DNA from: Octopus sinensis | Taxonomy: Eukaryota | Length of the DNA stretch: 24,979 bases | NCBI RefSeq assembly: GCF_006345805.1 | Contig: NW_021836256.1 | Span: 1-24,979, forward strand | Reading direction: 5' to 3' | Shown here: piece by piece, positions 1 to 11,646 of the stretch | How positions within the stretch are numbered: position 1 is the stretch's first letter | Layout: the number at the start of each line of letters is the position of its first letter | Notes under the pieces: generated by a model | Told to the model about the DNA's origin: nothing | The model's database searches: none | Seen by the model: the letters and a program-made list of their open reading frames with translations, nothing else | Translations under genes and position numbers: made by a program

Positions 1-1
1 C

Positions 2-772
2 TCCAGGGACCTTTTATCGCTCGGTGAAAATAGGATGCCGGCTGATGCGGATGGCTGCGTTCAATTGGACTCACTTTGCATCACTGTCGACACCCCTGCT
101 AGCCTCTGGGACGCTGTCTTCCACGACCTACAAAACAATTTACGCGACCTAAAATGGCTGGCAGGCATAGCTATTCTCGCACCCAAAAATACAACCGTCA
201 ACTCCATCAATATACAGCTACTTGAAGCTATTCCTAGTGATGTCCCCGTCTACAAATCTATAGATAGGACAGCAGACCCCGCCGAGCTTGCCGATTATCC
301 TGTTGAATTCCTGAATTCACTTGAACCGCCAGGCCTGCCGCCACACATTCTGAAGTTAAAAGTTGGTGCACCCATTATGCTCATCAGGAATTTGGTTCCA
401 CCGAAACAGTGCAACGGCACACGTCTGGTTGTGAAACATTTGGCAGCACATTTAATAACGGCCACGATACTTACCGGTTGCGGGAAGGGAGAGGACGTCT
501 TCATTCCACGCATGCACCTTCAACCGTCGGGCGCTGACCTACCAATCCACTTCAGGCGTTCTCAGTTTCCTGTTAAACTCTGCTTCGCAATGTCCATCAA
601 TAAATCCCAAGGCCAAACGCTACAAGTCGCTGGGTTACATTTGGGCGAACAGTGCTTCGCCCACGGTCAACTCTACGTGGGCTGTTCACGCGTTGGGAGG
701 CACAATGATGTTTTCATGTATTCGCCCAAAGGAACAGCTAGGAACATCGTATACACAGAAGTATTCGAGTGA
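2..772 (+). CDS. Helitron RepHel C-terminal PIF1-family (SF1B) helicase, 5'-partial; the frame is open from the window start
   Basis: Translation shows ILAPKN, EFLNSLEPPGLPPHILKLKVGAPIMLIRNL, CNGTRL, QFPVKLCFAMSINKSQGQTL and HGQLYVGCSRV, all typical of Helitron/PIF1 helicases. A Helitron 3' terminus follows. Confidence 0.93.
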   Translation, partial: SRDLLSLGENRMPADADGCVQLDSLCITVDTPASLWDAVFHDLQNNLRDLKWLAGIAILAPKNTTVNSINIQLLEAIPSDVPVYKSIDRTADPAELADYPVEFLNSLEPPGLPPHILKLKVGAPIMLIRNLVPPKQCNGTRLVVKHLAAHLITATILTGCGKGEDVFIPRMHLQPSGADLPIHFRRSQFPVKLCFAMSINKSQGQTLQVAGLHLGEQCFAHGQLYVGCSRVGRHNDVFMYSPKGTARNIVYTEVFE

Positions 773-866
773 AGAGAAGACATTGCAACCTACACATGCG
801 CTTTCGTTCACTAGAGGGAAAGGACTAGATTGGCATTAGTCGTTGCCTACAAGGGGCACCTACATA

Positions 867-894
867 CCCGGGCAACGCCGGGATGTGCTGCTGG
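867..894 (+). mobile_element. Helitron 3' terminus (hairpin plus CTRR)
   Basis: CCCGG-GCAACG-CCGGG hairpin at 867-882, then CTGG at 891-894 followed by T, about 95 nt after the helicase stop. Confidence 0.85.
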
Positions 895-1855
895 TAATTA
901 TATATAAATGCTTTAAATATTCCTTTTAATGCCAAAACAATTCAAGTTAATAGATTAAGAATACATCTTTTCTCTGTAAATTCCCTGAAGAAGGGCTCCC
1001 AACAATGAAACATTGAAATACCAGGTAATAATGCTAGCAGTCGACCTGTATCGTTTGATTTTTTAAGAACATTTCACTGTTTTAGCTTTTAAAGAATACT
1101 TAAAACATATCACACAATGCTTCATATTATATCTATTGCTGCTCCCTTGAGAGAGATATGATATGACATGATGGATTTCCCCGTTGGCTTTCACATATGA
1201 GTATCCAACAACCTACATTTTCTTTGTCAGTCATAATACTTATGTCAAATGTCACATTTGTGCCCCACCAAAGAATTGCAAAAAAGTTTGCGGATGTGGC
1301 AAATACTAAGATTATGGGTCAGTGCAGGCAGGATATTTGCAGCCACTTTTCTCCTTTGCCTTGCATTCCTTCGTCTGTTTTATGCTCGTTGAAGCAAAGT
1401 CTCTTATACAATTTTCACATGACAATCTCCATTTCTTTTTTACTCCAAAGCTGTGTCCTCAAAGGCGTTGTGAGTTATCTCCACAACTGAGAAGTTACTC
1501 TTCAGCTTCTCCTTATATCTGAGCCATGGTCGACCAACATTCTGTGCCACTATCTCAGCTGGCTGTAAATGATAACCTTGGGTATTCTTTGTCATTCATT
1601 TTGCTAAACAAATCAACATTATATATCTCTATACATCTGCCAACACCTTACAAGCAACAACATGCCAATTCAAACCGAACATATTTAGTGAGGTATCTTC
1701 TTTAAAACAAGACACCTGATAAGATGCATCTGCACCAGGGGATGCAACACAACCGGTTGTAAAGTATTCCACTAACAAAGGACCAATCGAAGATGGTTCC
1801 TTTTTCCCTCAGACATATATATACACACATGCACACACACACATATATATATATA

Positions 1856-2306
1856 TTCTTTTACTAGTTTCAGTCATTTGACTGCAGCCATACTAGAGTA
1901 CGACCTTTAGTCAAACAAGTCGACTCCAAGATTTATTCGTTGTAAGCCTAGTAATTATTCTATTGAACTTTGCTTACCAAACCGCTAATTATGGGGACAT
2001 AAACACACCACCATCAGTTGTCAAGTGATGATGGGGTGATAAACACTCACACACACAAATACATATATATATATATGTATATATGTATATATATATATAT
2101 GTATATATATATGTATATATATATATATATATATATACGTACGATGGTTTTCTTTCAGTTTCCATCTATGAAATCCACACACAAAGCTTTGATTGGCCCA
2201 AGGCTATAGTAGAAGACACTTGCCCAATGGTGCTACGCAGTGGGACTGAACCCGGAACCATGTGGTTGGGAAGCAAACTTCTTACCACTCAGCCACTTCT
2301 GTGCCT
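1856..2306 (-). mobile_element. tRNA-derived SINE with an internal (CA)/(TA) microsatellite
   Basis: The minus strand begins with the A-box-like GTGGCTGAGTGG and the B-box-like GGTTCAGTCC, followed by a CORE-like TTGGGCAAGTGTCTT. The tail is homologous to 24770-24979. Confidence 0.85.
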
Positions 2307-2560
2307 ATATATATATATATATAAATAAGAAAATGGAGGAACAAATTCATTTCGATCATCAACTTACGGATATTACAATTTCATATTATTTATTAATTAT
2401 ACAAATAGGAACATGAAAATGGAACAAAACAATATACATCAATATGCAAATTAATAATAAAGTATATGTAAATGTTTATATATATATATATATATGTATA
2501 TATAATATATTATAATATATATATATATAATTATGTATATATATATATATGTATATATAT

Positions 2561-3643
2561 TGTTATGGACCTCCGAAAGTTGCTACGGAATCCCACCTGC
2601 CGTCGCTCGAACTCGAACCCGGGATCCCAACAAGTCAAGCGACGACGATTGACCAGGCTCGATCGATCAGCGAAAGTTCGCCACGGAACTCAGAGAGGAG
2701 AGAGATAACAACAACAACAACAGCAGCAGGAAGAGACACAGAGGCAATCGGCTTACATTTAACCTACTAGTTTATATGACTATTACAACAAATACAATGT
2801 GATACATCAGGTAGATACAAGCAACAGAATCAACAGCATGCAGATGCAATATAACAACTGCATTTAAAGAAAACACATGCAAGAAACAGGTATACAACAG
2901 ATCGAAGCATTTAAACATGCAGATACAATATACACATCGAATCAAACAAATCAATACATTATACAATGTTCATAGACAAATAATTCACGTTACAATTAAC
3001 GTACACATTAACGATACGGTTTATAGTTCTTTTCTTGTCTTTTTCCTTCTTTTTTTGTAACGCGTATCAATACAATTCAATTGTTCCTTATGACACATCA
3101 ACAAGTCCTTTACTCACTTCTGTAACAGTTCGTTATAATCTCTTTACATAATTCACATATCAACATACAATTAAACACATACCGTCCAACAGCCAATGCC
3201 TCACACTGTAGTCCATCTCTATTAGCTGTTTAATCCTATGTGTATATCCTCCTCAACCCCTCATCCTCTCACTGTCTCCTGTCGTTCTCAACACTGTCCT
3301 CTCACTATCTCGCCTGTCATCTCTCATGACTGTGTGTCTGTCTTTGTCTTTCTCTGCGCTTCCCTCTCGCATCTACTACCCCACTACCCAATCTCTCGGA
3401 TGGAACTCTCAACTGCCTTTTCATCTCTCACAGCAGAAACAACTTGCTCTGTCCTCGACTTCCGGCCGACTGTGTTTACAGCTCAAAGTTCCTCCCTTTT
3501 AAGGGGTATTTACAACGAACTCTCCCTGACCGGCACAAGGCCAAAGGTCCCCTAAAAGCTCATTACTCCTTCGTGAATCCGACAGAACAATCGGTTTATC
3601 CCAAAGTAGGTCGCAACCAACTGTCCTTAAGTTGAACTCAACA
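2561..3643. mobile_element. Solo-LTR-like element, about 1.08 kb
   Basis: Starts TGTT and ends AACA, sits inside a (TA)n tract with ATATAT on both sides, and has no recognisable coding domain. The apparent target duplication is weak evidence because it lies in a microsatellite. Confidence 0.55.
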
Positions 3644-3756
3644 ATATATATGTGTATATGTGTATATATATATATATGTGTGTGTATATGTATATAAATA
3701 TGTGTATATATGTATATATATATTTATATGTATATATATATTTATATTTATATTCG

Positions 3757-4954
3757 TTTTTCTTGTTTCAGCTCAGAGCCGATGCACCACTGTTTTATGC
3801 TACACTGTTATTACGAAGAGCCTCCTCTAATATGTCACACTTGGTGAAGAATGGAGTTTGATATGGCTGCTCTCATTTGCACCTCTTGCCATGAGGTAGG
3901 TTCACCTGGGACTCTCGACAGGTAGCTGTCCAGCTTTGATTTAAAACCCACTACATCTACTTTGTGTAAGTTCCTCAGACTCTTTGAGAGAATATTAAAA
4001 AGCTGTGGACCCTTGAAACCCAGGCTATTGCAGTAGCTGGTCCTGAAGCGTGATGGCATTGCTGGGATCTTTGGCACTATGCTTTGTCGTCCCGTTCTAG
4101 CAATGGTGTAGCTTATAATGCCAAATTTTGGCACAATTCCTTCCAGGATCTTCCGGATATATATTACTGCATACCTCTCCCGTCTTCTCTCCAGGGGTAG
4201 AGTCTTAGCTGTTTCAACCTTTCCCAGTATCTGAGCTGTTACAAAGAGACGATCTTCTTCGTGAATCTCCTCTGGATTGCTTCAAGGTCCACTGTTAATT
4301 TCACACTGGTTGCTGACCATAGCTGTGAGCAGTAATCCAGGCTGCTGAGGACGAATGTCCGCCAGAGGACCATCATGGTTTCCTTATCTCTGGTTCTGAA
4401 TGTTCTTAGGATCCATCCAGCCAGTCGTCTGCACTTTGTCGCCATCCTGGTAATGAGCACTTGGAAAGAGGTATCCTCACTCATGTCGATACCCAGGTCC
4501 CTCACAGACTTAGGCTCTGGGATTGAAATTCCCTGTGGACCGGTGTCTCCTGTAAGTTTAATATTCAGTTTTGGATTCTGGTAGTGCAGGCCTGGAATTT
4601 TTCAGTATTAAACTGCATATTATTATCCTCATCCTCAGCCCATCTGTAGATTGAGTCCAACTCCTGCTGCAGGTGTGCAACATCGCTGGGGTTCTGTATT
4701 TTCTGCGAGACTTTCGTATCGTCTGCATAGCTTGCCAGAGTGGCTATCCGGGCATTTGAGTGCATATCTGAGAGGGCCACTATAAAAAACAGTGGTCCCA
4801 AGACAGTGCCCTGTGGAACACCACTCACTATTTGTGTGTTCATTGAGGTGGCTCCATTAACCACTACTGCCTGACTCCTATCTTTCAGGAAGTCATGTAA
4901 CCACACTCCAAGTTTTCCAGCTATGCCGAGGTCACAAAGTTTGTGACATATCAT
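3757..4954 (-). mobile_element. CR1-group LINE, 3' part (RT palm/thumb and 3' end), frameshifted
   Basis: SGVPQGTVLGPLFF and SYADDTK (4565-4954), ILRTFRTRDKETMMVLWRTFVLSSLDYCSQLWS (4239-4505), FKGPQLFNIL...FKSKLDSYL (3835-4134). The exact clade is not determinable by eye. Confidence 0.88.
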
Positions 4955-6957
4955 ATGGTTCTCTTACGTGCCACCGGCACTGGTATCACCGCTACAATTT
5001 CTATTGATGTTGATCGATTTTGATTTTGATTTTCACTTGCTTCAACAGGTCTTCACAAGTAGAATTTTGTGTCCCAAGAAGGAAAGGTATGCATAAGGTA
5101 TGCAATGGGTTATGGTCTCACTTGTCCTGCCGGGGCTTCTCACGCACAGCATACTTCCAAAGGTCTCTAGTCATTTCCTCGGTGAGACCTAAAGTTCGAA
5201 GGTCGTGCTTCACCACCTTATCCCAGGATTTCCCAGGTTTACCTCTTCCACAGGTTCCCTCAACCGCTAGGGTGTGGCACTTTTTCACACAACTATCTTC
5301 ATCCATTCTCACCACATGACCATACCAGCGCAAACGTCTCTCTTGCACACCACAACTGATGCTTCTTAGGTCCAGCTTTTCTCTCAAGGTACTTACACTC
5401 TGTCGAGTATGAACACTGACATTACATATCCATTGGAGCATACTGGTTTCATTTCTTGCAAGCTTACGCATATCCTCAGCAGTCACGGTCCGTGTTTCAC
5501 TGCCATGTAGCATGGCTGTTTGTACACATGCGTCATACAGTCTGCCTTTTACTCTGAGCGAGAGGCCTTTTGTCCCTAGCGGAGGTAAGAGCTCCCTGAA
5601 CTTTGCCCAGGCTATTCTTATTCTAGCAGTTACACTTTCAATACACCGCCACCTCTACTGACTTGGTCACCTAGGTAACAGAAGCTATCAACTATTTCTA
5701 GTTTTTTCCCTGGAATGTGGCGGAAAATGGTCTCTGCGTATTTTCAGTGTTTATTGCTCCAGAGCATCTGCCACATACAAAAACTATTTTCCGAGTTAGC
5801 CTTCCTTTGACGTTGCTGCACCTCTTATGTGTCCATAGCTTACACTTGGTGCATCTTATAGAGTTTCTACCTACGCCTTTTCTACAGATCGAGCAGGGCC
5901 ATCTACCTGAAAGCGTTTGTGACTTGTCTACCTTACCTACTTATTAGGACTTTGGTTTTAGCTAGGTTGACTCTAAGGCCTTTCAATTCTAATACTTGCT
6001 TCCACACCTGAAACTTCTCCTCCAGTTCTGATAGTGACTCAGCAATTAGAGCAAGGTCATCAGCATAGAGGAGCTCCCAGGGGCATCCTGTCTTGAATTC
6101 CTCCGTTATTGCTTGGAGGACTATGATAAATAGGAGGGGCCTGAGTACTGAAACTTGGTGAACCCCAACCTCTACTCGGAATTCTTCACTGTACTCGTTG
6201 CCAACCCTCACCTTACTAGCAGCGTCCCTGTACATGGCTTTCACAGCTCTCACTAACCATTCATCTATCCCTAGTTTCCTCATTGACCAGCAGATAAGGG
6301 CTCGGGGGACCCTGTCGAAGGCTTTCTCCATGTCAACAAAAGCCAGGTACAGGGGCTTATCTTTAGCTAGATATTTCTCCTGCAGCTGTCTTACTAGGAA
6401 TATGGCATTAGTGGTGCTTTTCCCTGGCACGAATCCAAACTGCATCTCATCTAAACTAACTCTCTCTCTAATTAGTTGGGCTATGACCCTCTCCGTAACC
6501 TTCATTACTTGATCCAACAGCTTGATACCTCTGTAATTATTTGTATCTAGGGTGTCACCTTTACTTTTGTAGCAGTTGACTATTATGCTGCTACACCAGT
6601 CATTGGATATGACTCCTTCGTGTATCACCTGGTTAACTATACGGGTGACTAGGCTATAGCCGACACTACCAGATATGTTGAGCATCTCTGCAGTACCTCC
6701 TGATGGGCCTGGGGCTTTCTTTGTCTTCATGCTACAAATTGCCTTAACTACCAAGGAACTGTCAACTCGGATAGCTGGTCCCTCTGTTGGGTCGACATTC
6801 GGCAGACTCTCTTTATCCCATTCATTTTCTTTACATAGTGGCGTCTCCAAGCCTCTCTCCTTGCATCCTCGTTTAGCGCTAGTGAACCATCATCCATGCG
6901 AACACATTTCTCTCCTACCACATCACGATTCTCTCTCACACCCTGTTCTTGCAACAT
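4955..6957 (-). mobile_element. RTE-clade LINE, 5'-truncated, with frameshifts
   Basis: NYRGIKLL, QFGFVPGKSTTNAIF, LAFVDMEKAFDRVPR and LLYADDLALIAES (5933-6850), plus the C-terminal RRLRWYGHVVRM...GRGKPGKSW (5118-5513). Confidence 0.92.
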
Positions 6958-7021
6958 ATATGTATATATTAAATTATTTATATGTGTATATATATGTATG
7001 TATATATATATATATAAAGAT

Positions 7022-7067
<46 letters not shown>

Positions 7068-7078
7068 TATATATATAC

Positions 7079-7119
<41 letters not shown>

Positions 7120-7159
7120 GATATACATATATATATATATTATATATACATATATATAT

Positions 7160-7222
<63 letters not shown>

Positions 7223-7341
7223 ATATATATATATACATATATATATACATATATACATATATATTATATATATATATATATATACATATATACATATATA
7301 TATACATATATATAATATTATATATATATATACATATATAC

Positions 7342-7386
<45 letters not shown>

Positions 7387-7437
7387 ATATATACATATAT
7401 ACATATATATATATAATATATATATTACCATATATAC

Positions 7438-7486
<49 letters not shown>

Positions 7487-7516
7487 TACATATATATATA
7501 TACATATATATATATA
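6958..7516. repeat. (TA)n / (TATACA)n microsatellite
   Basis: Direct inspection. Confidence 0.97.
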
Positions 7517-8362
7517 CTAGCAGAATTGCCCGGCGTTGCTCGGGGCTGAATTGCTTGAAAGTACTGTTAATGATTGCACTGAATTATGATGATTATTCAG
7601 GCAATATTGAAATAAGCTTACGGTGGGAGATAAGGACTTAACGCCAAACGTGTGCCATTGCATTGTTTTTTGGGGAACCAAATTTCTGATGAGCATTATA
7701 GGGGCACTAACTTTAAGTTTGAGAAAGTGTGGTGGTAGTCCGGGGTGCTCAAAGGAATTGAGTACCTCTATTGGATAGTTGATGACGTCCTCTGGGTCAG
7801 GAGTGTATCGATAGACTGATATACATCGACTTCCCCAGGAATGAGTTTTAGCATTTCATCATTAATATGGTGAACAGTTTTATTCCTCGGGGCCAGTATA
7901 GCCTTTTGCCAATCCATCCATATTCTGATAATTAGCTTGTAAATCTGGGAACACTGCATCTCTGAGATCAGAAGGCGTCTTAACAATGGTACAAATGGAA
8001 TCGATGGCAATATTACCATTTTCATCCCCTGGTATTTTGCCTTCGCCAAGTGCAAGGAGGGTGTGAGGAAATGCTGGTGATGTGATATTACGACGTCGCA
8101 TATGAGCACGCATATTGGTGTGAAGTTTGAGAGTTACTTCCGTTTATTTTTTAAAAATGCATTAAAATGGAAAAAAATGATGGTAAATTATTTGTAAAAT
8201 CATAGACTCATCGTAGACGCGCGCTAATACCCAGAAGGGCTCGATATGAATCACGACTATAAGATACCCGGTTTTGTTAAACTGCATCGCAAAATGTGGG
8301 AGTAGTTAGGAATCTAAATCGGAGTAGACAGAACACACCAACCTTTCTTTTATAATAAAATA
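7517..8362 (-). mobile_element. Non-autonomous Helitron carrying an internal PIF1-helicase fragment
   Basis: The minus strand ends CCCGAGCAACGCCGGG...CTAG|T at 7517. About 7620-8075 encodes frameshifted LLALGEGKIPGD...ILAPRNKTV...PGLPPHFLKLKVSAPIMLIRNLVP. The 5' part (about 8135-8330) is homologous to about 9445-9630. Confidence 0.85.
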
Positions 8363-8768
8363 CATACATACACACACACACATACATACACACACACACA
8401 CACACATACATGCATACATACATATACACATAAACCGAGTAAAAAATTCAGTTATCTCTCTCTTTCACACATTACTCTCTCTGTCTCTTCACACACACAC
8501 ATAACAGAAGCACTTCACTTACACAACATACTGTCTGTCTCCCACACTCCATCAAACACACACACATGTACATCAATGAGTCCCATACACGGTAACTTCA
8601 AAGGAACTTCCCTCGTCATACAATCGCTTTCTCTTAGTCTCTTTCGCTCTCATTACTTATGTAAAAAAATAAAAGTTTTTTCTATGTGTCTAAAGAGGAA
8701 GTGGGAGGCAGAGTGAAAGAATCACTCACTACAGTAAGTGAATTACTTTCATTTTATTCCTTGCCCAC

Positions 8769-9013
8769 TGTGTGTGTGCGTTTGCGTGTGCTGTAAACCA
8801 GACTAAGAAAAGCATTTGACACACACACCAGAATGTGAGTTTTCTGTAAATTTTGCTTAATTGGAGTTTAAATTTTAAAAACTGGACCTGGCATGACGCG
8901 ATGCATTGTACTCTCAAAACTGCTAGGTAAATTGTAATTGAAGAAATCCTATATTGTAGATTTGTATAACTCCCAAAGGGAGGCAGATAAAATCTGCCTT
9001 TTATAATAAGAGA
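8769..9013 (-). mobile_element. Helitron-like 5'-end module, copy 1
   Basis: The minus strand starts TCTCTTATTATAAAAGG with a subterminal AGGCAGAT-TTT-ATCTGCCT hairpin. It is a direct repeat of 10657-10898. Confidence 0.6.
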
Positions 9014-9025
9014 TATATATGTGTA

Positions 9026-9661
9026 CTAGCAGTATCGCCCGGCGTTGCTCGGGTTTGTAAGGGAAATAACTATATAAGCATTTCAGGAGTGTTATAGCCA
9101 AAAAATAGCAAAAAATGCATTAAAAATGGAAAAAATATGATGGTAAATTTTTTTTTAAATCGTTGACTCATCGTAGACATTTTTAGAGAGTTACTTCCCT
9201 TATATAATAGCGAAAAAATGCATTAAAATGGAAAAAAAACGATGGTAAATTTTTTTTTAAATCGTAGACTCATGTAGACGCTTTCTTAGCCATTTCTGTT
9301 TTGGTGTCTTCAAGCCATAAAGTCGTTGTGTCTAAAGAACGCTGGTCTCCTTGACAACGCATTACGACGTTGATTTCCTTACACTCCCTTCCCCACAGGT
9401 GCAGGTGTGAGCGTGGACGCCAACTCCACCGCCATCGACACACGAAAAAATTATGCATTAAAATGGAATAAAAAATGATGTTAAATTATTTTTAAAATCG
9501 TAGACTCATCGTAGACGCGCGCTAATACTCAGACGGGCTCGATATGAATCACGACTATAAGCTACCCGAATTTGGTTAAACTGCACCGCAAAATGTGGGA
9601 GTAGTTAGGAATCTAAATCGAAGGGGACAGACACTCACACAACTACAGTTTTATATATAGA
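9026..9661 (-). mobile_element. Complete non-autonomous Helitron
   Basis: 5' A|TC at 9661, 3' hairpin CCCGAGCAACGCCGGG and CTAG|T at 9026 (A/T insertion site), and three internal copies of a roughly 70-bp subrepeat. Confidence 0.88.
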
Positions 9662-9662
9662 T

Positions 9663-10272
9663 ATACATAGCGCAGTAGTGGTGAGATGTGACAGCAAAGA
9701 AAAGCATACATTCACTCTCTGCTGCAATTAGACTCGGAAAGTTCGTGAGGAACCCATTGACCCAATTTGCTGACTTTTCCGATAGCACACAGGTCTCAAT
9801 GAATGGTTGAATGACCAAATCCAAATCCAAGCTTCTCTGCTAGTTCCTCAACAGTTACGATGAGATTTTGTTCACCAGGTTTTTCAGGATGTCCTTGTCG
9901 AGTTCTACAGATCTTTCAGGATGAGGCTCGTCTTCTAGGCTGTAGTTTATGGCTCGGAATTTCTGGAACCACCATTGACACTGCCTTACGCTTATTGTCC
10001 AATCCCCATATACTGCATTAATATTTCTTGTACTTTCCGTTGCGTTGTTGTCTTTATTGAACTCATAAAGCAAAATATGCCAATATGCTCCTTTGTTACT
10101 TCCAACATAGCTTTGAAAAATAGCTGTTAAAATCGAAATGCACTCTCTTCAAAACTTGCACTATGAATAAGGACAAGATAAATTACTACCTGCTTTTATA
10201 GCAAGTTAATATAAGTAGTTTATCCCATTCCCTCTGACTTTTAGTTCAAGCTGTTGAAAAAACCGCATTATT
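9663..10272 (-). mobile_element. Mariner transposon 5' fragment (HTH region), decayed
   Basis: LYEFNKDNNATESTRNINAVYG...CQWWFQKFR...SLEDEP, then in another frame KLGQWVPHELSE (WVPHEL motif). A partial TIR-like TAATGCGGTTTTTT lies at the 5' end. Confidence 0.88.
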
Positions 10273-10656
10273 ATATATATATACATACATACATACATAC
10301 ATATACACACACACTCTCTCTCTCACACACATGCACACATTTATATTCTGTTATTCTTTTATATGTTTCAGCCTTGAGGTTGTGGCCATGCTGGATCATG
10401 TGTGTGTGTGTGTGTGTGTGTGTCTATCTGTCTGTCTGTCTGTATGTATATATGTATATGTATGTGTGTGAATAATAATATTTTCAACAGATGTGTTGCA
10501 AATGTATCTGATTGTTCTCAAGCTTCAAATTTACTCTCTTCCAAGAACATTTTCATCATCTTATTGTTTAGCTTTCGCTTACATTTTACTCACGTATCTA
10601 TCAGCGTTCATGGACAGTAACAAATATTACATCTGTTTCATTTTATTCGTTACACA

Positions 10657-10893
10657 GTGTGTGTGTGCGTTTGCGTGTGCTGTTAAACCAGACTAAGAAA
10701 AGCATTTGACACACACACCAGAATGTGAGTTTTCTGTAATTTTGCTGCTAATTGGAGTTTAAATTTTAAAAACTGGAGCTGGCATGACGCGATGCATTGT
10801 ACTCTTAAACTTGTAGGAAATTGTAATGAAGAATCCTATATTGTAGATTTGTATAACTCCCAAAGGGGGAGATAAAATCTGCCTTTTATAATA

Positions 10894-10898
<5 letters not shown>
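10657..10898 (-). mobile_element. Helitron-like 5'-end module, copy 2
   Basis: Near-identical direct repeat of 8769-9013, ending in the same TCTCTTATTATAAAAGG terminus. Confidence 0.6.
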
Positions 10899-10942
<44 letters not shown>

Positions 10943-10962
10943 TACATATATATATATACATA

Positions 10963-10996
<34 letters not shown>

Positions 10997-11002
<6 letters not shown>

Positions 11003-11191
11003 ACAATCAAGGAACGGCCATAATAGGCCATTCACCCACTAGAAATAACCGCAAATAAAGATTAATTCCGGGGTAAATGTTTTTTAAATTTTCTCCTTGT
11101 TTACGGAATTAATCTTTATTTGCGGTTGAAGCTTGGCTGTTATTTCTAGTGGGTGAATGGCCTATTATGGCCGTTCCTTGATTGTTGATGT
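10997..11191. repeat. Fold-back inverted repeat (MITE-like), 195 bp
   Basis: 10997-11070 is the reverse complement of 11104-11191 except for a 14-nt indel. The spacer is 33 nt. Confidence 0.9.
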
Positions 11192-11291
11192 TGAACTTAA
11201 AAATGGTCTATGACTATTTAATTTTTTCCCACTAGGCCGCTGGTGGCAAAAAGAATGCTACAAAATTTTTTTCGCCACCCTATATTGATTA

Positions 11292-11646
<355 letters not shown>

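Noticed and set aside
985-1020. CTGAAGA...GAAAC hammerhead-like string
   Set aside because: No stem II closes next to GAAA and there is no convincing stem I or stem III.
1197-1522. Plus-strand ORFs of 97 and 66 aa, and similar short ORFs antisense to the LINE and PLE frames
   Set aside because: They have no recognisable motifs, and most are shadows of TE coding strands.
2230-2306. Possible tRNA gene
   Set aside because: It is the tRNA-derived head of a SINE, continuous with the SINE body, with no acceptor stem evident.
3468-3481. 14-mer GACTGTGTTTACAG shared with the hammerhead repeat (17353-17366)
   Set aside because: A 14-nt match is about what chance gives in a 25-kb self-comparison, and the flanks do not align.
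6675-7483. Long Ile/Tyr-rich ORFs here and at about 2018-2708, 11218-11668 and 18703-18885
   Set aside because: They are translations of (TA)n microsatellites, not genes.
9110-9520. Three spaced repeats of about 70 bp resembling a CRISPR-like array
   Set aside because: They are internal subrepeats of a eukaryotic Helitron with irregular length and spacing, and no cas genes are present.
11236-11285. Mariner-TIR-like GGTGGCAAAAA...TTTTTCGCCACC inverted repeat
   Set aside because: It is too short, with no partner terminus or transposase, to support a call.
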